A stretch of DNA of 64,000 nucleotides from Gracilibacteraceae bacterium (GTDB lineage: Bacteria > Bacillota > Desulfitobacteriia > Desulfitobacteriales > Syntrophobotulaceae), in assembly GCA_031270805.1 (NCBI GenBank), contig JAISWK010000089.1, positions 18,235 to 82,234 of the forward strand. The letters run 5' to 3'. Of this stretch, positions 35,183 to 46,344 are shown piece after piece; position 1 is the first letter of the stretch, and every line of letters begins with the position of its first letter. The position numbers and the translations under genes were made by a program. Below the pieces are notes generated by a model. The model was not told the origin of the DNA and searched no databases. It worked only from the letters and a program-made list of their open reading frames with translations.

Positions 35183-36239
35183 TAGATCAGGAAAATCCGG
35201 GCCAGGTGCAGCGGCAAACGGGGAAAAGCGAGACCGAGCGCAAAAGCGACTGCGGCCACGGCGATGCACTTGCCCTTGTGCAGGGATAAAAAGGCGATGT
35301 ACTCGCGCATCACGGCGTTGGGCACATAGTACCAGGCCGTTTTGGCCCCGGCGCCTTCCGTCCCCAGGCCGGCCTGCCGGGCGTAATGCGCTGCCCGCAA
35401 TAAATGGTAATTACTGGTAACAAACATGCAGGCCTGTGAACCGCCGCCGGCCTGCTTTTCGATAATTTGTTTGGAAAAACGCATGTTTTCCTCGGTGTTG
35501 ACGGAGCGATCCTCCGTCAAGATATAGTCGGCGCAGCAACCCTGAGCCAAAGCGAATTCTTTCATCGCTGCCGCCTCGGAACGCGATTCATCGGGCCCCT
35601 GTCCGCCGGACATGACGAGCAGGGGTTTTTTCCCGCCCCGGCGCACTTGAAGGCGAGCGCAAACCAGCGCCCGTCGCACCCGCTCCGCCAGCAGCGGGGA
35701 GACTGCCCCTCCTTTCAGGCCGCAGCCAAGGACGATGATATAATCCTTGTCCCCGCGCGGCCGGGCCAGGTTGAACAGGGTCAGCGCAGTCAAAAAAGCG
35801 AGTACATGGGCACAATAGAAAATCCCCAGACAGATCATCCCGCTCCAGAGCGTTTGCAGCCATAACGGGCGATCGCCGCGCATGAAGGAAGCGACGGCCA
35901 GCAGGACGACGAGGGCGCAGGCGGCCAGCAGCGTGAGACTGTTGGCCAGAGTTCTTTTTTCCCGCCGTAAAACGACGCGGGCATTCAGCAAGAGGAGGAC
36001 GACCAGGAAATAAGCGCCGAAGGAGAGGACAAAGAGAAGGGCGAAAAACATGGCGCCGAAGGAGAGACGGGCCAGCCAATGTTCGGACGCGGCCGCCGAA
36101 CCGAAGAACCAGGCCAGCAGCAGCGCCAGGACAAACGAAGCAAAGAAAGCGCCGGCGACGATACTGGCTTTATTGCGCCGGTAGACCAGCCAGAAACCAA
36201 GAAAAAAGATCGCCGCGGCGGCTAGAAAAGGTAGTATTC

Positions 36240-36243
<4 letters not shown>
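35182..36243 (-). CDS. membrane protein with YdcF/ElyC/SanA (DUF218) domain
   Basis: N-terminal TM bundle then [12 protein letters not shown]...[23 protein letters not shown]...[11 protein letters not shown]...[11 protein letters not shown]. Its ATG overlaps the uvrA stop (ATGA). Confidence 0.75.
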
Positions 36244-39071
<2,828 letters not shown>

Positions 39072-39073
39072 GT

Positions 39074-41035
39074 TCAGCCCCTCAGTTCGATGATAGCGTC
39101 CCGCAATTCGGCGGCCCGTTCAAAATCCAGGTCTTTCGCGGCGGCGCGCATGTCTTTTTCCAGTTTTTTGATGAATTTCTCTTTTTCGCTCCGCGTCATT
39201 TTTTGGCCCTTGGTCACATAGACGGCCGGTTCCTCCGCCACCATCGTCGCTTCGGGCATCTCGCGCAGGTTTTTGCGGATAGTCTGGGGCGTTATCCCGA
39301 ACAGGCCGTTATATGCTTCCTGGAGGCGGCGGCGGCGTTCCGTCTCGCCGATAGCCGCCTGCATGGAGGCGGTCATCGTGTCGGCGTACATGAGTACTTT
39401 GCCCTCCACATTGCGGGCCGCGCGACCGATGGTCTGGATCAGCGAGCGTTCAGCCCGCAGAAAACCTTCTTTGTCGGCGTCCAGGATGGCGACGAGCGAG
39501 ACCTCCGGCAGGTCGAGTCCTTCCCGCAGCAAGTTGATGCCCACAAGTACGTCGATCTGGCCCCGGCGCAGTTCCTGCAGGATTTGCAGACGTTCCAGCG
39601 TGGCGATATCGGAATGTAAATAACGCACTTTAATATTGAGCTGCTTCAAATAGTCGGTCAGATCTTCGGCCATGCGCTTGGTCAGCGTCGTCACCAGCGT
39701 GCGCTCGTTGCGGGCGATGCGGCGGCGGATTTCCCCGAGCAAATGGTCGATCTGCCCGGCGGACGGCCACACCTCTACCACGGGATCCAGCAGCCCGGTC
39801 GGACGGATGATTTGTTCGACCACTTCCGGGCAGTGTTCCAGTTCGTAGGGGCCCGGCGTCGCGCTCAAATAGATGCGCTGCGGCGTCATCAGGTCGAATT
39901 CCTCAAAGCGCAGGGGCCGGTTGTCCAAGGCAGAGGGCAGGCGGAAGCCGTACTGCACAAGCGTCGTTTTGCGCGACTGGTCGCCGACGTACATGGCCCG
40001 CACCTGCGGCAGCGTCTGATGCGATTCGTCAACGAAGAGGAGAAAATCACGCGGGAAAAAATGGAGCAAGGTGTACGGCGTTTCGCCGGGCCGGCGAAAA
40101 GTGATGTGGCGGGAGTAGTTTTCAATCCCGTTGCAAAAACCCATTTCGCGCAGCATTTCCACATCGTAGCGCGTGCGCTGTTCCAGGCGCTGCGCTTCCA
40201 GCAGCTTGTTTTCCCGCTGTAGTTCGGCCAGACGTTCCTCCAGTTCGGCCTCGATATTTTCCACGGCCGCGAGTACTTTACTCCGCTCCGTCACATAGTG
40301 CGAGTTCGGAAAAACAGAGACATGCCGGCGTTCGGACAATATTTCCCCCGTCAGAATATTGATTTCATACAGATGTTCTATTTCGTCACCGAACATCTCC
40401 ACCCGAATCGCCTCTTCGCTTGACCCGGCCGGGCAAATCTCCACCGTGTCGCCGCGCGCCCGGAATGTGCCGCGGGAAAACGAAGCATCGTTGCGGTCGT
40501 ACTGAATCTCCACGAGACGGCGCAGGATGGCGTTGCGGTCGATTTCCTGCCCCTGGCGGAGCGAAAGCACCATGTCGCGGTATTCATCCGGCGAACCGAG
40601 ACCGTAAATGCAGGAAACACTGGCGACGACGATAACGTCCCGGCGCTCAAAGAGGGCGGCGGTAGCCGAGTGGCGCAGTTTCTCTATTTCTTCGTTCACG
40701 GAGGCGTCTTTTTCAATATAGATGTCGCTGGAAGGCACATAGGCTTCCGGTTGGTAATAATCATAATAACTTACAAAATATTCCACAGAATTGTGGGGGA
40801 AAAATTCGCGGAATTCCCCGTAGAGCTGACCGGCCAGCGTCTTGTTATGGGCAAGCACCAGAGCCGGCCGATTCAGGCGGGCGATAATATTGGCCATCGT
40901 AAAAGTTTTACCGGAACCGGTCACTCCCAGCAGCGTCTGGTGCCGGCGCCCTTCCAGCACGCCCTGCAGCAGTTTTTCCACGGCCTGAGGCTGATCGCCG
41001 GACATGCCGTAAGGCGCTTGCAGTTGAAATTCCAT
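39074..41035 (-). CDS. uvrB: excinuclease ABC subunit B
   Basis: 653 aa with [14 protein letters not shown] box, and a C-terminal UVR domain ([19 protein letters not shown]). Confidence 0.97.
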   Translation of the reverse strand: MEFQLQAPYGMSGDQPQAVEKLLQGVLEGRRHQTLLGVTGSGKTFTMANIIARLNRPALVLAHNKTLAGQLYGEFREFFPHNSVEYFVSYYDYYQPEAYVPSSDIYIEKDASVNEEIEKLRHSATAALFERRDVIVVASVSCIYGLGSPDEYRDMVLSLRQGQEIDRNAILRRLVEIQYDRNDASFSRGTFRARGDTVEICPAGSSEEAIRVEMFGDEIEHLYEINILTGEILSERRHVSVFPNSHYVTERSKVLAAVENIEAELEERLAELQRENKLLEAQRLEQRTRYDVEMLREMGFCNGIENYSRHITFRRPGETPYTLLHFFPRDFLLFVDESHQTLPQVRAMYVGDQSRKTTLVQYGFRLPSALDNRPLRFEEFDLMTPQRIYLSATPGPYELEHCPEVVEQIIRPTGLLDPVVEVWPSAGQIDHLLGEIRRRIARNERTLVTTLTKRMAEDLTDYLKQLNIKVRYLHSDIATLERLQILQELRRGQIDVLVGINLLREGLDLPEVSLVAILDADKEGFLRAERSLIQTIGRAARNVEGKVLMYADTMTASMQAAIGETERRRRLQEAYNGLFGITPQTIRKNLREMPEATMVAEEPAVYVTKGQKMTRSEKEKFIKKLEKDMRAAAKDLDFERAAELRDAIIELRG

Positions 41036-41069
41036 ACTCGCCTCCCTGCGTCAAATATACCGCCAGAAT

Positions 41070-41098
41070 ATCATACAACAGGAGAAGAAGAAATACAA
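41070..41098 (-). promoter_or_regulatory. candidate uvrB promoter (TTGTAT-17-TATGAT on minus strand)
   Basis: The reverse complement reads ttgtat ttcttcttctcctgttg tatgat, about 35 nt upstream of GGGAGG-ATG. Confidence 0.4.
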
Positions 41099-41106
41099 GA
41101 CCTTGG

Positions 41107-41120
41107 CGAACATTTGTTTG
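41107..41120. promoter_or_regulatory. LexA (Cheo/SOS) box upstream of uvrB
   Basis: CGAACATTTGTTTG matches the Gram-positive consensus CGAACATATGTTCG at 12 of 14 positions. It lies 8 nt upstream of the putative -35. Confidence 0.6.
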
Positions 41121-41242
41121 CTAATATGGTGAAAAATATTCTAACGACGCCATACCTTCCAAATTTATGGAAAAAGGATTTTTGCCCGCCGCGTCGAACT
41201 ATTGCCTATGGTGTCTGTTTTCTAAATTGCCTATGAAAAAGG

Positions 41243-41315
41243 AGGAAAGAGTGGATAGGAAAGAGGAAAGAGTGAGACGAGAACTCTCTTTTCTATTTCT
41301 TCCCCTCTCTTTCCT
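41243..41315. repeat. imperfect 32-nt-arm purine/pyrimidine inverted repeat
   Basis: The arm aggaaagagtggataggaaagaggaaagagtg pairs with ctctcttttctatttcttcccctctctttcct. 24 of 32 positions are complementary (hand count). Confidence 0.6.
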
Positions 41316-41417
41316 AAAGTAAAGCATATAAATTATATAAAGTATACGACGATGACGACATGGCGATGCCGAAGGTAATGTTGTTCTACGCTGTCGGCAA
41401 GAGGAAGGGTCTACAGT

Positions 41418-41813
41418 ATGTCACTCGAACACGAACACGAACACGAGCACCTGCACGATCATGCGCACGATGATCTGCACGAACACGCGCACCCGCACAC
41501 TCACACTCACACTCACACTCACGCTCACACACACGAACACGAGCATGCACACGCGCACGAGCATCCGCACACAGACGAAGATTTATCCCCTCCGCCAAGC
41601 GGGCAGGGCCGCGAGGCGAATGACCCGGCTCTCTCCAGGGCCTTATTGAAATATGCGGCGGATCACAACCGGCAGCATGAGGCCGAACTGAGAGAATTAG
41701 AGGACAATCTGCGCGCGCAGGGCAAGACTGCGGCGGCCGGCAAGGTGGCGGCGGCGCGTTCCGCTTTCGCCGAAGGCAACGCCAAACTGGCCGCTGCGCT
41801 GGAGGAAATTTAG
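41418..41813 (+). CDS. histidine-rich metal-binding protein with C-terminal helical domain
   Basis: MSLEHEHEHEHLHDHAHDDLHEHAHPHTHTHTHTHAHTHEHEHAHAHEHPH then a predicted helical/coiled region (RQHEAELRELEDNLRAQGK...). Stop is 2 nt before the CooT ATG. Confidence 0.7.
   Translation: MSLEHEHEHEHLHDHAHDDLHEHAHPHTHTHTHTHAHTHEHEHAHAHEHPHTDEDLSPPPSGQGREANDPALSRALLKYAADHNRQHEAELRELEDNLRAQGKTAAAGKVAAARSAFAEGNAKLAAALEEI
41496..41519 (+). repeat. (CACACT)x4 hexanucleotide repeat inside the His-rich gene (encodes HTHTHTHT)
   Basis: Read directly. It is followed by degenerate CACGCT CACACA units. Confidence 0.9.
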
Positions 41814-41814
41814 T

Positions 41815-42006
41815 ATGTGCCTGTCCACGGCTTATCAGACGACGGCGGACGGCGAACAACGCCTGCTTTGCGAGCATGTTTGCCATTTGCGCATTGAGGG
41901 AAATACCATCTCTCTGGTCGATCTGTTAGGCAACAATGTGACTGTCGCCGGCGTCCTGCATGACGTCGATCTGCTGCAGAACATTATAACCATTCACCAA
42001 CAATAA
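41815..42006 (+). CDS. CooT-family (nickel-binding) small protein
   Basis: 63 aa starting MC (MCLSTAYQTTADGEQRLLCEHVCHLRIEGNTISLVDLLGNNVTVAGVLHDVDLLQNIITI). Matches the remembered CooT pattern MCxxxAY...E.V..L..EG..I.L.D.FG....V.G.I..VDL..N.I.I. Confidence 0.7.
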   Translation: MCLSTAYQTTADGEQRLLCEHVCHLRIEGNTISLVDLLGNNVTVAGVLHDVDLLQNIITIHQQ

Positions 42007-42049
42007 ACCACCAATAAATTAACAATAAATCAACAATAGACCAACAATA
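42001..42049 (+). repeat. five CAATA(A/G)A motifs at exact 11-nt spacing
   Basis: CAATA starts at 42001, 42012, 42023, 42034 and 42045 (hand-indexed). The series spans the CooT stop codon to the RBS of the next gene. Confidence 0.85.
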
Positions 42050-42065
42050 AAATAGGAGTAATTCG

Positions 42066-42854
42066 ATGCTTACAATTGGCATTGACAGCGGCAACCTGAA
42101 TACGAAGGCTGTGGCGTTGCGCAATGGCGAGGTAGTGGGCAGGGTAAAATCAGCCACCGGTTTCGACGCGCAACAGACGGCTGTGGCTGCGCTCGAAATG
42201 CTGCTCCGGGAAACCGGATTGCGGCGCGATAATGTGGACGCCATCGCAGCGACCGGAGTCGGCCGCCAACTGGCTGATTGCGCGACCGTGCGGATCAACG
42301 AGGTCGGTTCCGCCGCCCGCGGCGCCCATCTGGTCTGTCCCGCCCTGCGCATTGTGATCGACATGGGGGCCGAGGGCTGCCGGGCCGTGAAAATGGACGA
42401 TGCCGGCCGGCCGCAAAAATACGAGGTCAACGATCGCTGCGCCTCCGGCGCCGGAACTTTCGTGGAAAGCATGGCTCGCACGCTGCAGATTAAAACGGAA
42501 GAAATGGGCGCCTATTCCCTGCGCCACAGTAAAGATGTACCAATGAACGCTCAATGCGTCGTATTTGCGGAATCGGAAGTGATCTCGCTCATTCACCGCC
42601 GGGAGACAGTCGAGGATATCGCCCACGGCATCCACGCCGGGATAGCGAGCCGGGTCGCCGCTTTAATGCGCCGCCTCGGCGTCACGGCCGGCATCGGTTT
42701 TATCGGCGGCCCCGCCAATAACGCCGGCCTGGGGCAATGCCTGGAAGACGTACTGAAACAGCGCGTCGCCGTGCCGGATTTTCCCGAGTATATCAGCGCC
42801 CTTGGGGCGGCCGCTTTTGCCGCCGATCAACTGGAAACGGAGCAAAAGGAATGA
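42066..42854 (+). CDS. BadF/BadG/BcrA/BcrD-type ATPase (acyl-CoA dehydratase activase / BcrD-like)
   Basis: MLTIGIDSGNLNTKAV (ASKHA phosphate-1) and cluster-bridging Cys contexts NDRCASGAGTF and NAQCVVFAESEV. Confidence 0.8.
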   Translation: MLTIGIDSGNLNTKAVALRNGEVVGRVKSATGFDAQQTAVAALEMLLRETGLRRDNVDAIAATGVGRQLADCATVRINEVGSAARGAHLVCPALRIVIDMGAEGCRAVKMDDAGRPQKYEVNDRCASGAGTFVESMARTLQIKTEEMGAYSLRHSKDVPMNAQCVVFAESEVISLIHRRETVEDIAHGIHAGIASRVAALMRRLGVTAGIGFIGGPANNAGLGQCLEDVLKQRVAVPDFPEYISALGAAAFAADQLETEQKE

Positions 42855-43738
42855 GTGAACTGAATGTAAAAACTGTCGAATACTGGAAATGGCAGGAATC
42901 CAACTGGAAAAACCCGGATATAGGGGACTGGCGCGGCAGTCTCATCAGCGCCGGAGTGGATATCGGCTCCACCAGCACCCAGGCCGTGATCATGACGGAC
43001 GGCCGCCTCTATGCTTACGCCAGCATCCGCACCGGGGCCAACAGCCCGGACTCGGCCGTCGCCGCCCTGCGTTACGCCCTGGAAGCGACGGATTTGCGCC
43101 CGGAGGACATCGCTTGTACGGTGGGCACCGGCTATGGCCGCGTCAACGTTCCTTTTGCCGATAAAACGATCACGGAGATCACCTGCCACGCCCGCGGCGC
43201 CAACTATATTTACGGCCCCACCGTGCGCACCATCCTTGATATGGGCGGGCAGGACTGCAAGACGATCCGCTGCGACGAAAAAGGCAATGTCCTGTCCTTT
43301 ATGATGAACGACAAATGCGCCGCCGGCACCGGCCGCGGCATGGAGGTGATCGCCAATTTGCTGTCCGTACACGTGGAGGATATCGGGGCCATGTCTTTTC
43401 AAATCGATGAGGAACCGGGGGCGGTCTCAAGCATTTGCGTGATCTTCGCCAAGACGGAAGCGACCAACCTGATCCGGCAGGGCTGGACGGTGGAAAAAGT
43501 GCTTGCCGCCTACTGCCGGGCCATGGCTCAACGCGTGGTGCGCCTGCTGGAGCGCAACGGTATTGAGCCGGATTTTGCCATCACCGGCGGCATCGCCAAG
43601 AATATCGGCGTCGTGCGCCGGATTGAGGATATGATCGGGGCCAAGGTATTGCCCGCCCAATACGACACGCAGATCGCCGGCGCCGTGGGGGGCGCTCTCT
43701 TGGCCCGGGATCTGGCCTTGAAAGGCGGAAAACGATGA
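42851..43738 (+). CDS. BadF/BadG/BcrA/BcrD-type ATPase (BcrA-like second subunit)
   Basis: ATG overlaps the upstream stop (ATGA). ISAGVDIGSTSTQAV, NDKCAAGTGRGMEV, SSICVIFAKTEATNLI. The track ORF extends further upstream. Confidence 0.8.
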   Translation: MSELNVKTVEYWKWQESNWKNPDIGDWRGSLISAGVDIGSTSTQAVIMTDGRLYAYASIRTGANSPDSAVAALRYALEATDLRPEDIACTVGTGYGRVNVPFADKTITEITCHARGANYIYGPTVRTILDMGGQDCKTIRCDEKGNVLSFMMNDKCAAGTGRGMEVIANLLSVHVEDIGAMSFQIDEEPGAVSSICVIFAKTEATNLIRQGWTVEKVLAAYCRAMAQRVVRLLERNGIEPDFAITGGIAKNIGVVRRIEDMIGAKVLPAQYDTQIAGAVGGALLARDLALKGGKR

Positions 43739-43749
43739 AAGAGGTGGTG

Positions 43750-45822
43750 CTAATCTAGCAATTTGCGGGTGGAGGCAGCGCTGATGACGATCGTGGACGC
43801 ATTGTGCAGCACGGCCGACGTATTCGCGGCAACGGCGCCGCTCAACCCCAAGGCAAGCAGAGCCGAGTTAAAAGCGATTATGCCGCGGAAATTGCCGCGG
43901 ACGCGGCGCATGAGCCGCAGGCCCAGCCGCCGGACGACCACCAGGTCGCCCAGATCGGAGTTGAGCAAAGTGATGTCGGCCGTTTCCCGGGCCAGATCGG
44001 AGGCGTCCTTCATGGCTACCGAAACGTCGGCCGCAGCTAAAGCCGGCGAATCATTGACCCCGTCTCCCACCATGACGACCTTGCGCCCCTGCGCTTTCAG
44101 GGCGGTGATGATCGCGGCTTTATCTTCCGGCAAAACCTGGGAACGCCAGTCGGTAATGCCGATATGCTCCGCCACCGCCCGGGCCGTGGCCTCGCTGTCT
44201 CCGGTCAGCATGATCACATGCCGGAACCCCGCGCGGCGCAGATTTTCTACTACGGCCGCCGCTTCCGGCCGCGGCGGGTCACTGATGCACAAAAAGCCCA
44301 CCAGCTTGCCGTCCTGGGCCAGGTAGAGGACGGAATCGCCGCCCGCTTCCCGCTTCACGGCCTCCAGTTCCGCCGGGGCAAAACGAACGCCCTCGTCCTC
44401 CTCGACAAAATGACGGCTGCCGATGATGGTGCGCCGGTTCCGGTAATGAGTGGCAATGCCGTGCGCGACCACGTATTCGACTTCCGCGTGTTCTTCTTCA
44501 TGCCGGATTCCTTCTTCCTGGGCCCGCCGCACCACTGCCTGGGCGACGCTATGCGGAAAATGTTCCTCCAGGCAGGCCGCCGTGCGCAGCACTTCGTCCC
44601 GCTCCCGGCCGGCGAACGGCACGACCTTGCTGACCCGGGGACTGGCCACCGTCAGGGTGCCGGTTTTGTCAAAAACAATCGTGTCGGCTTCGGCCATGCT
44701 TTCGAGGAATTTGCCGCCCTTGACCATGATGCGGACGGAGGCGGCCTCGCGCATAGCGGAAATGACCGCGATCGGCGTGGATAATTTGATGGCGCAGGAA
44801 TAATCGACGAGCAGAACGGAAGCCGCTTTGTTCCAATCGCCGCTAAAGAGCAAGACCGCGGCGGAGAGGATAAAACTGTAAGGGACAATTTTATCGGCCA
44901 GCCGTTCGGATCGGGCTTGGATACCGGCTTTGAGGGCCTCGGATCGATCGATCATTTCCACCAGCCGGCCGATGCGGCTTTCATCCGCCAGCGCGCGCGC
45001 CTCCACGATCAGACGCCCTTCCTCCAGCACCGTCCCGGCAAAAACGCTGTGCCCCGCCGTTTTCAGCACCGCCAGCGGTTCGCCGGTCATGGAGGATTGA
45101 TTTACCCCCGCTTCTCCGGCTCGCACCGTTCCGTCCACCGGAATCAGCTGACCGGCCCCGACGATGACCCGGTCGCCGATGACCAGAGCGGTGGCGGGAA
45201 TAGAAAGCTCCCGTCCCTCTCTTTCCACCCACACCGTGTCAATATTGAGGGCCAGGCTCCGGGCCAGCGCGTTTTTGGCCCGGCGGCGCGTATAGTCTTC
45301 CAGCAGTTCCGAGAGGCCGAGCAGGAACATAATGGACGAGGCCGTGTCAAAATTGCCCTGCAGGATCGACACGCCGACGGCGGAGGCGTCCAGAGCCTCC
45401 ACGCTCAGCTTACCCGCGCGCAGACTGCGCCAGCCGGAAAAAATATATCGCAGGCCGCGCCAGACTGTCAGCGCGCTGCGGAGGGGCGCGGGTAGACACA
45501 ATTGCGCCGCGCGTTTCAGCACGGTTTTATACAGGCGCTCCTTAAAATCCAGATCGATGCCCAGCGGCGTTTCCGCGCCGGACGGCGCCGGAAGCAGAGC
45601 GTCCGGCCGCAGAGCGGACAGCGCCCGCAGCAGTTCACTCCGGTTATCGCCCTGATAGCAGATCAGGATGCTGCCCGTGAGATAACTCGTCCGTGCTTCG
45701 AGGACTCCCGGCAGCGCCGCCACCGCCGCGGCCAGGGCAAAGCCCTCTTCCCGCGAAAACGCGTAACGGCCGCAACGCACACGGAGGCGCTGCGGCAAAT
45801 CGCTTACAATCCTGTATTTCAA
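43750..45822 (-). CDS. P1B-type (heavy-metal-like) P-type ATPase with non-canonical TM metal motif
   Basis: DKTGTLT, GDGVNDSPALAAADV, TGEP. The CPC position reads VDYSCAIKLSTP. The N-terminal ferredoxin-like domain has no CxxC. Confidence 0.8.
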   Translation of the reverse strand: MKYRIVSDLPQRLRVRCGRYAFSREEGFALAAAVAALPGVLEARTSYLTGSILICYQGDNRSELLRALSALRPDALLPAPSGAETPLGIDLDFKERLYKTVLKRAAQLCLPAPLRSALTVWRGLRYIFSGWRSLRAGKLSVEALDASAVGVSILQGNFDTASSIMFLLGLSELLEDYTRRRAKNALARSLALNIDTVWVEREGRELSIPATALVIGDRVIVGAGQLIPVDGTVRAGEAGVNQSSMTGEPLAVLKTAGHSVFAGTVLEEGRLIVEARALADESRIGRLVEMIDRSEALKAGIQARSERLADKIVPYSFILSAAVLLFSGDWNKAASVLLVDYSCAIKLSTPIAVISAMREAASVRIMVKGGKFLESMAEADTIVFDKTGTLTVASPRVSKVVPFAGRERDEVLRTAACLEEHFPHSVAQAVVRRAQEEGIRHEEEHAEVEYVVAHGIATHYRNRRTIIGSRHFVEEDEGVRFAPAELEAVKREAGGDSVLYLAQDGKLVGFLCISDPPRPEAAAVVENLRRAGFRHVIMLTGDSEATARAVAEHIGITDWRSQVLPEDKAAIITALKAQGRKVVMVGDGVNDSPALAAADVSVAMKDASDLARETADITLLNSDLGDLVVVRRLGLRLMRRVRGNFRGIIAFNSALLALGLSGAVAANTSAVLHNASTIVISAASTRKLLD

Positions 45823-45833
45823 AACTAAGCCTC

Positions 45834-46124
45834 TTATTCCTGTTCGTTCGTACCGGCGCTTTGCTCAGCCTCGTCCGCGTCTTCGTCCCACGCTTCCGCC
45901 GCCGCGCTCTGTTTGGCCTCGGCGTAAATATCCTGCGCTTCCTCTTTTATGGATTCAAACGCCGTCATTATACTGTCCTGCAACTTCAGACCGCCGGCCA
46001 TGACCTGTACGGCCGCCTGGCGCGCCTGCCGGCTTTTCAGCAGCTTGCCGCCCAAAATCGTCGCCGCGCCGCCGCCGATGAAGGAGAGTACCCGCGGGTG
46101 AATGAGCAATTTGATCAAGCCCAT
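45834..46124 (-). CDS. small hypothetical protein (hydrophobic N-terminus, acidic tail), co-operonic with the ATPase
   Basis: 96-aa ORF 12 nt upstream of the ATPase start, with a consensus promoter upstream. No family recognised. Confidence 0.5.
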   Translation of the reverse strand: MGLIKLLIHPRVLSFIGGGAATILGGKLLKSRQARQAAVQVMAGGLKLQDSIMTAFESIKEEAQDIYAEAKQSAAAEAWDEDADEAEQSAGTNEQE

Positions 46125-46173
46125 TTTTCAGTTCCCTTCCCTTCCTTTGGATTGTAGATGGTCTCTCGAGTTT

Positions 46174-46202
46174 GACTGCTTCCATTATACAGCGGGCAGA
46201 TG
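46174..46202 (-). promoter_or_regulatory. consensus sigma-A promoter TTGACA-17-TATAAT (minus strand) for the small-protein/ATPase operon
   Basis: The reverse complement reads ttgaca gaaacatctgcccgctg tataat. Spacer counted as 17. Confidence 0.65.
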
Positions 46203-46243
46203 TTTCTGTCAAGCTACCTGCGGCTAATTTTGTGGCTACTCAC
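46203..46243 (-). promoter_or_regulatory. two 19-nt direct repeats, 22-bp period, abutting the -35 (candidate activator/response-regulator site)
   Basis: Minus strand reads gaaattagccgtgagtagc and aaaattagccgcaggtagc, 15 of 19 identical. Confidence 0.4.
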
Positions 46244-46252
46244 GGCTAATTT

Positions 46253-46344
46253 CCAATTGTCCCGCTCCTGCTCTAATTCCCCTCCTTTGGAGGGGTGCCG
46301 GCGAAGCCGGCGGGGTGGTTGCCAATTGTACATTGTACAATGCC
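46253..46344. repeat. mosaic intergenic repeat, family A copy 1
   Basis: ccaattgt...cccctcc-ttt-ggagggg t gccggc-gaa-gccggc ggggtggttg ccaattgtacattgtacaatg. Homologous in layout to 55350..55437. Confidence 0.7.

Noticed and set aside
41386-41886. 166-aa minus-strand ORF antisense to the His-rich gene
   Set aside because: Its translation (…RVRVCERECECECECAGARVRA…) is simply the complement of the His-codon repeats. There is no RBS, whereas the plus-strand gene has an RBS and is tightly coupled to the CooT gene.
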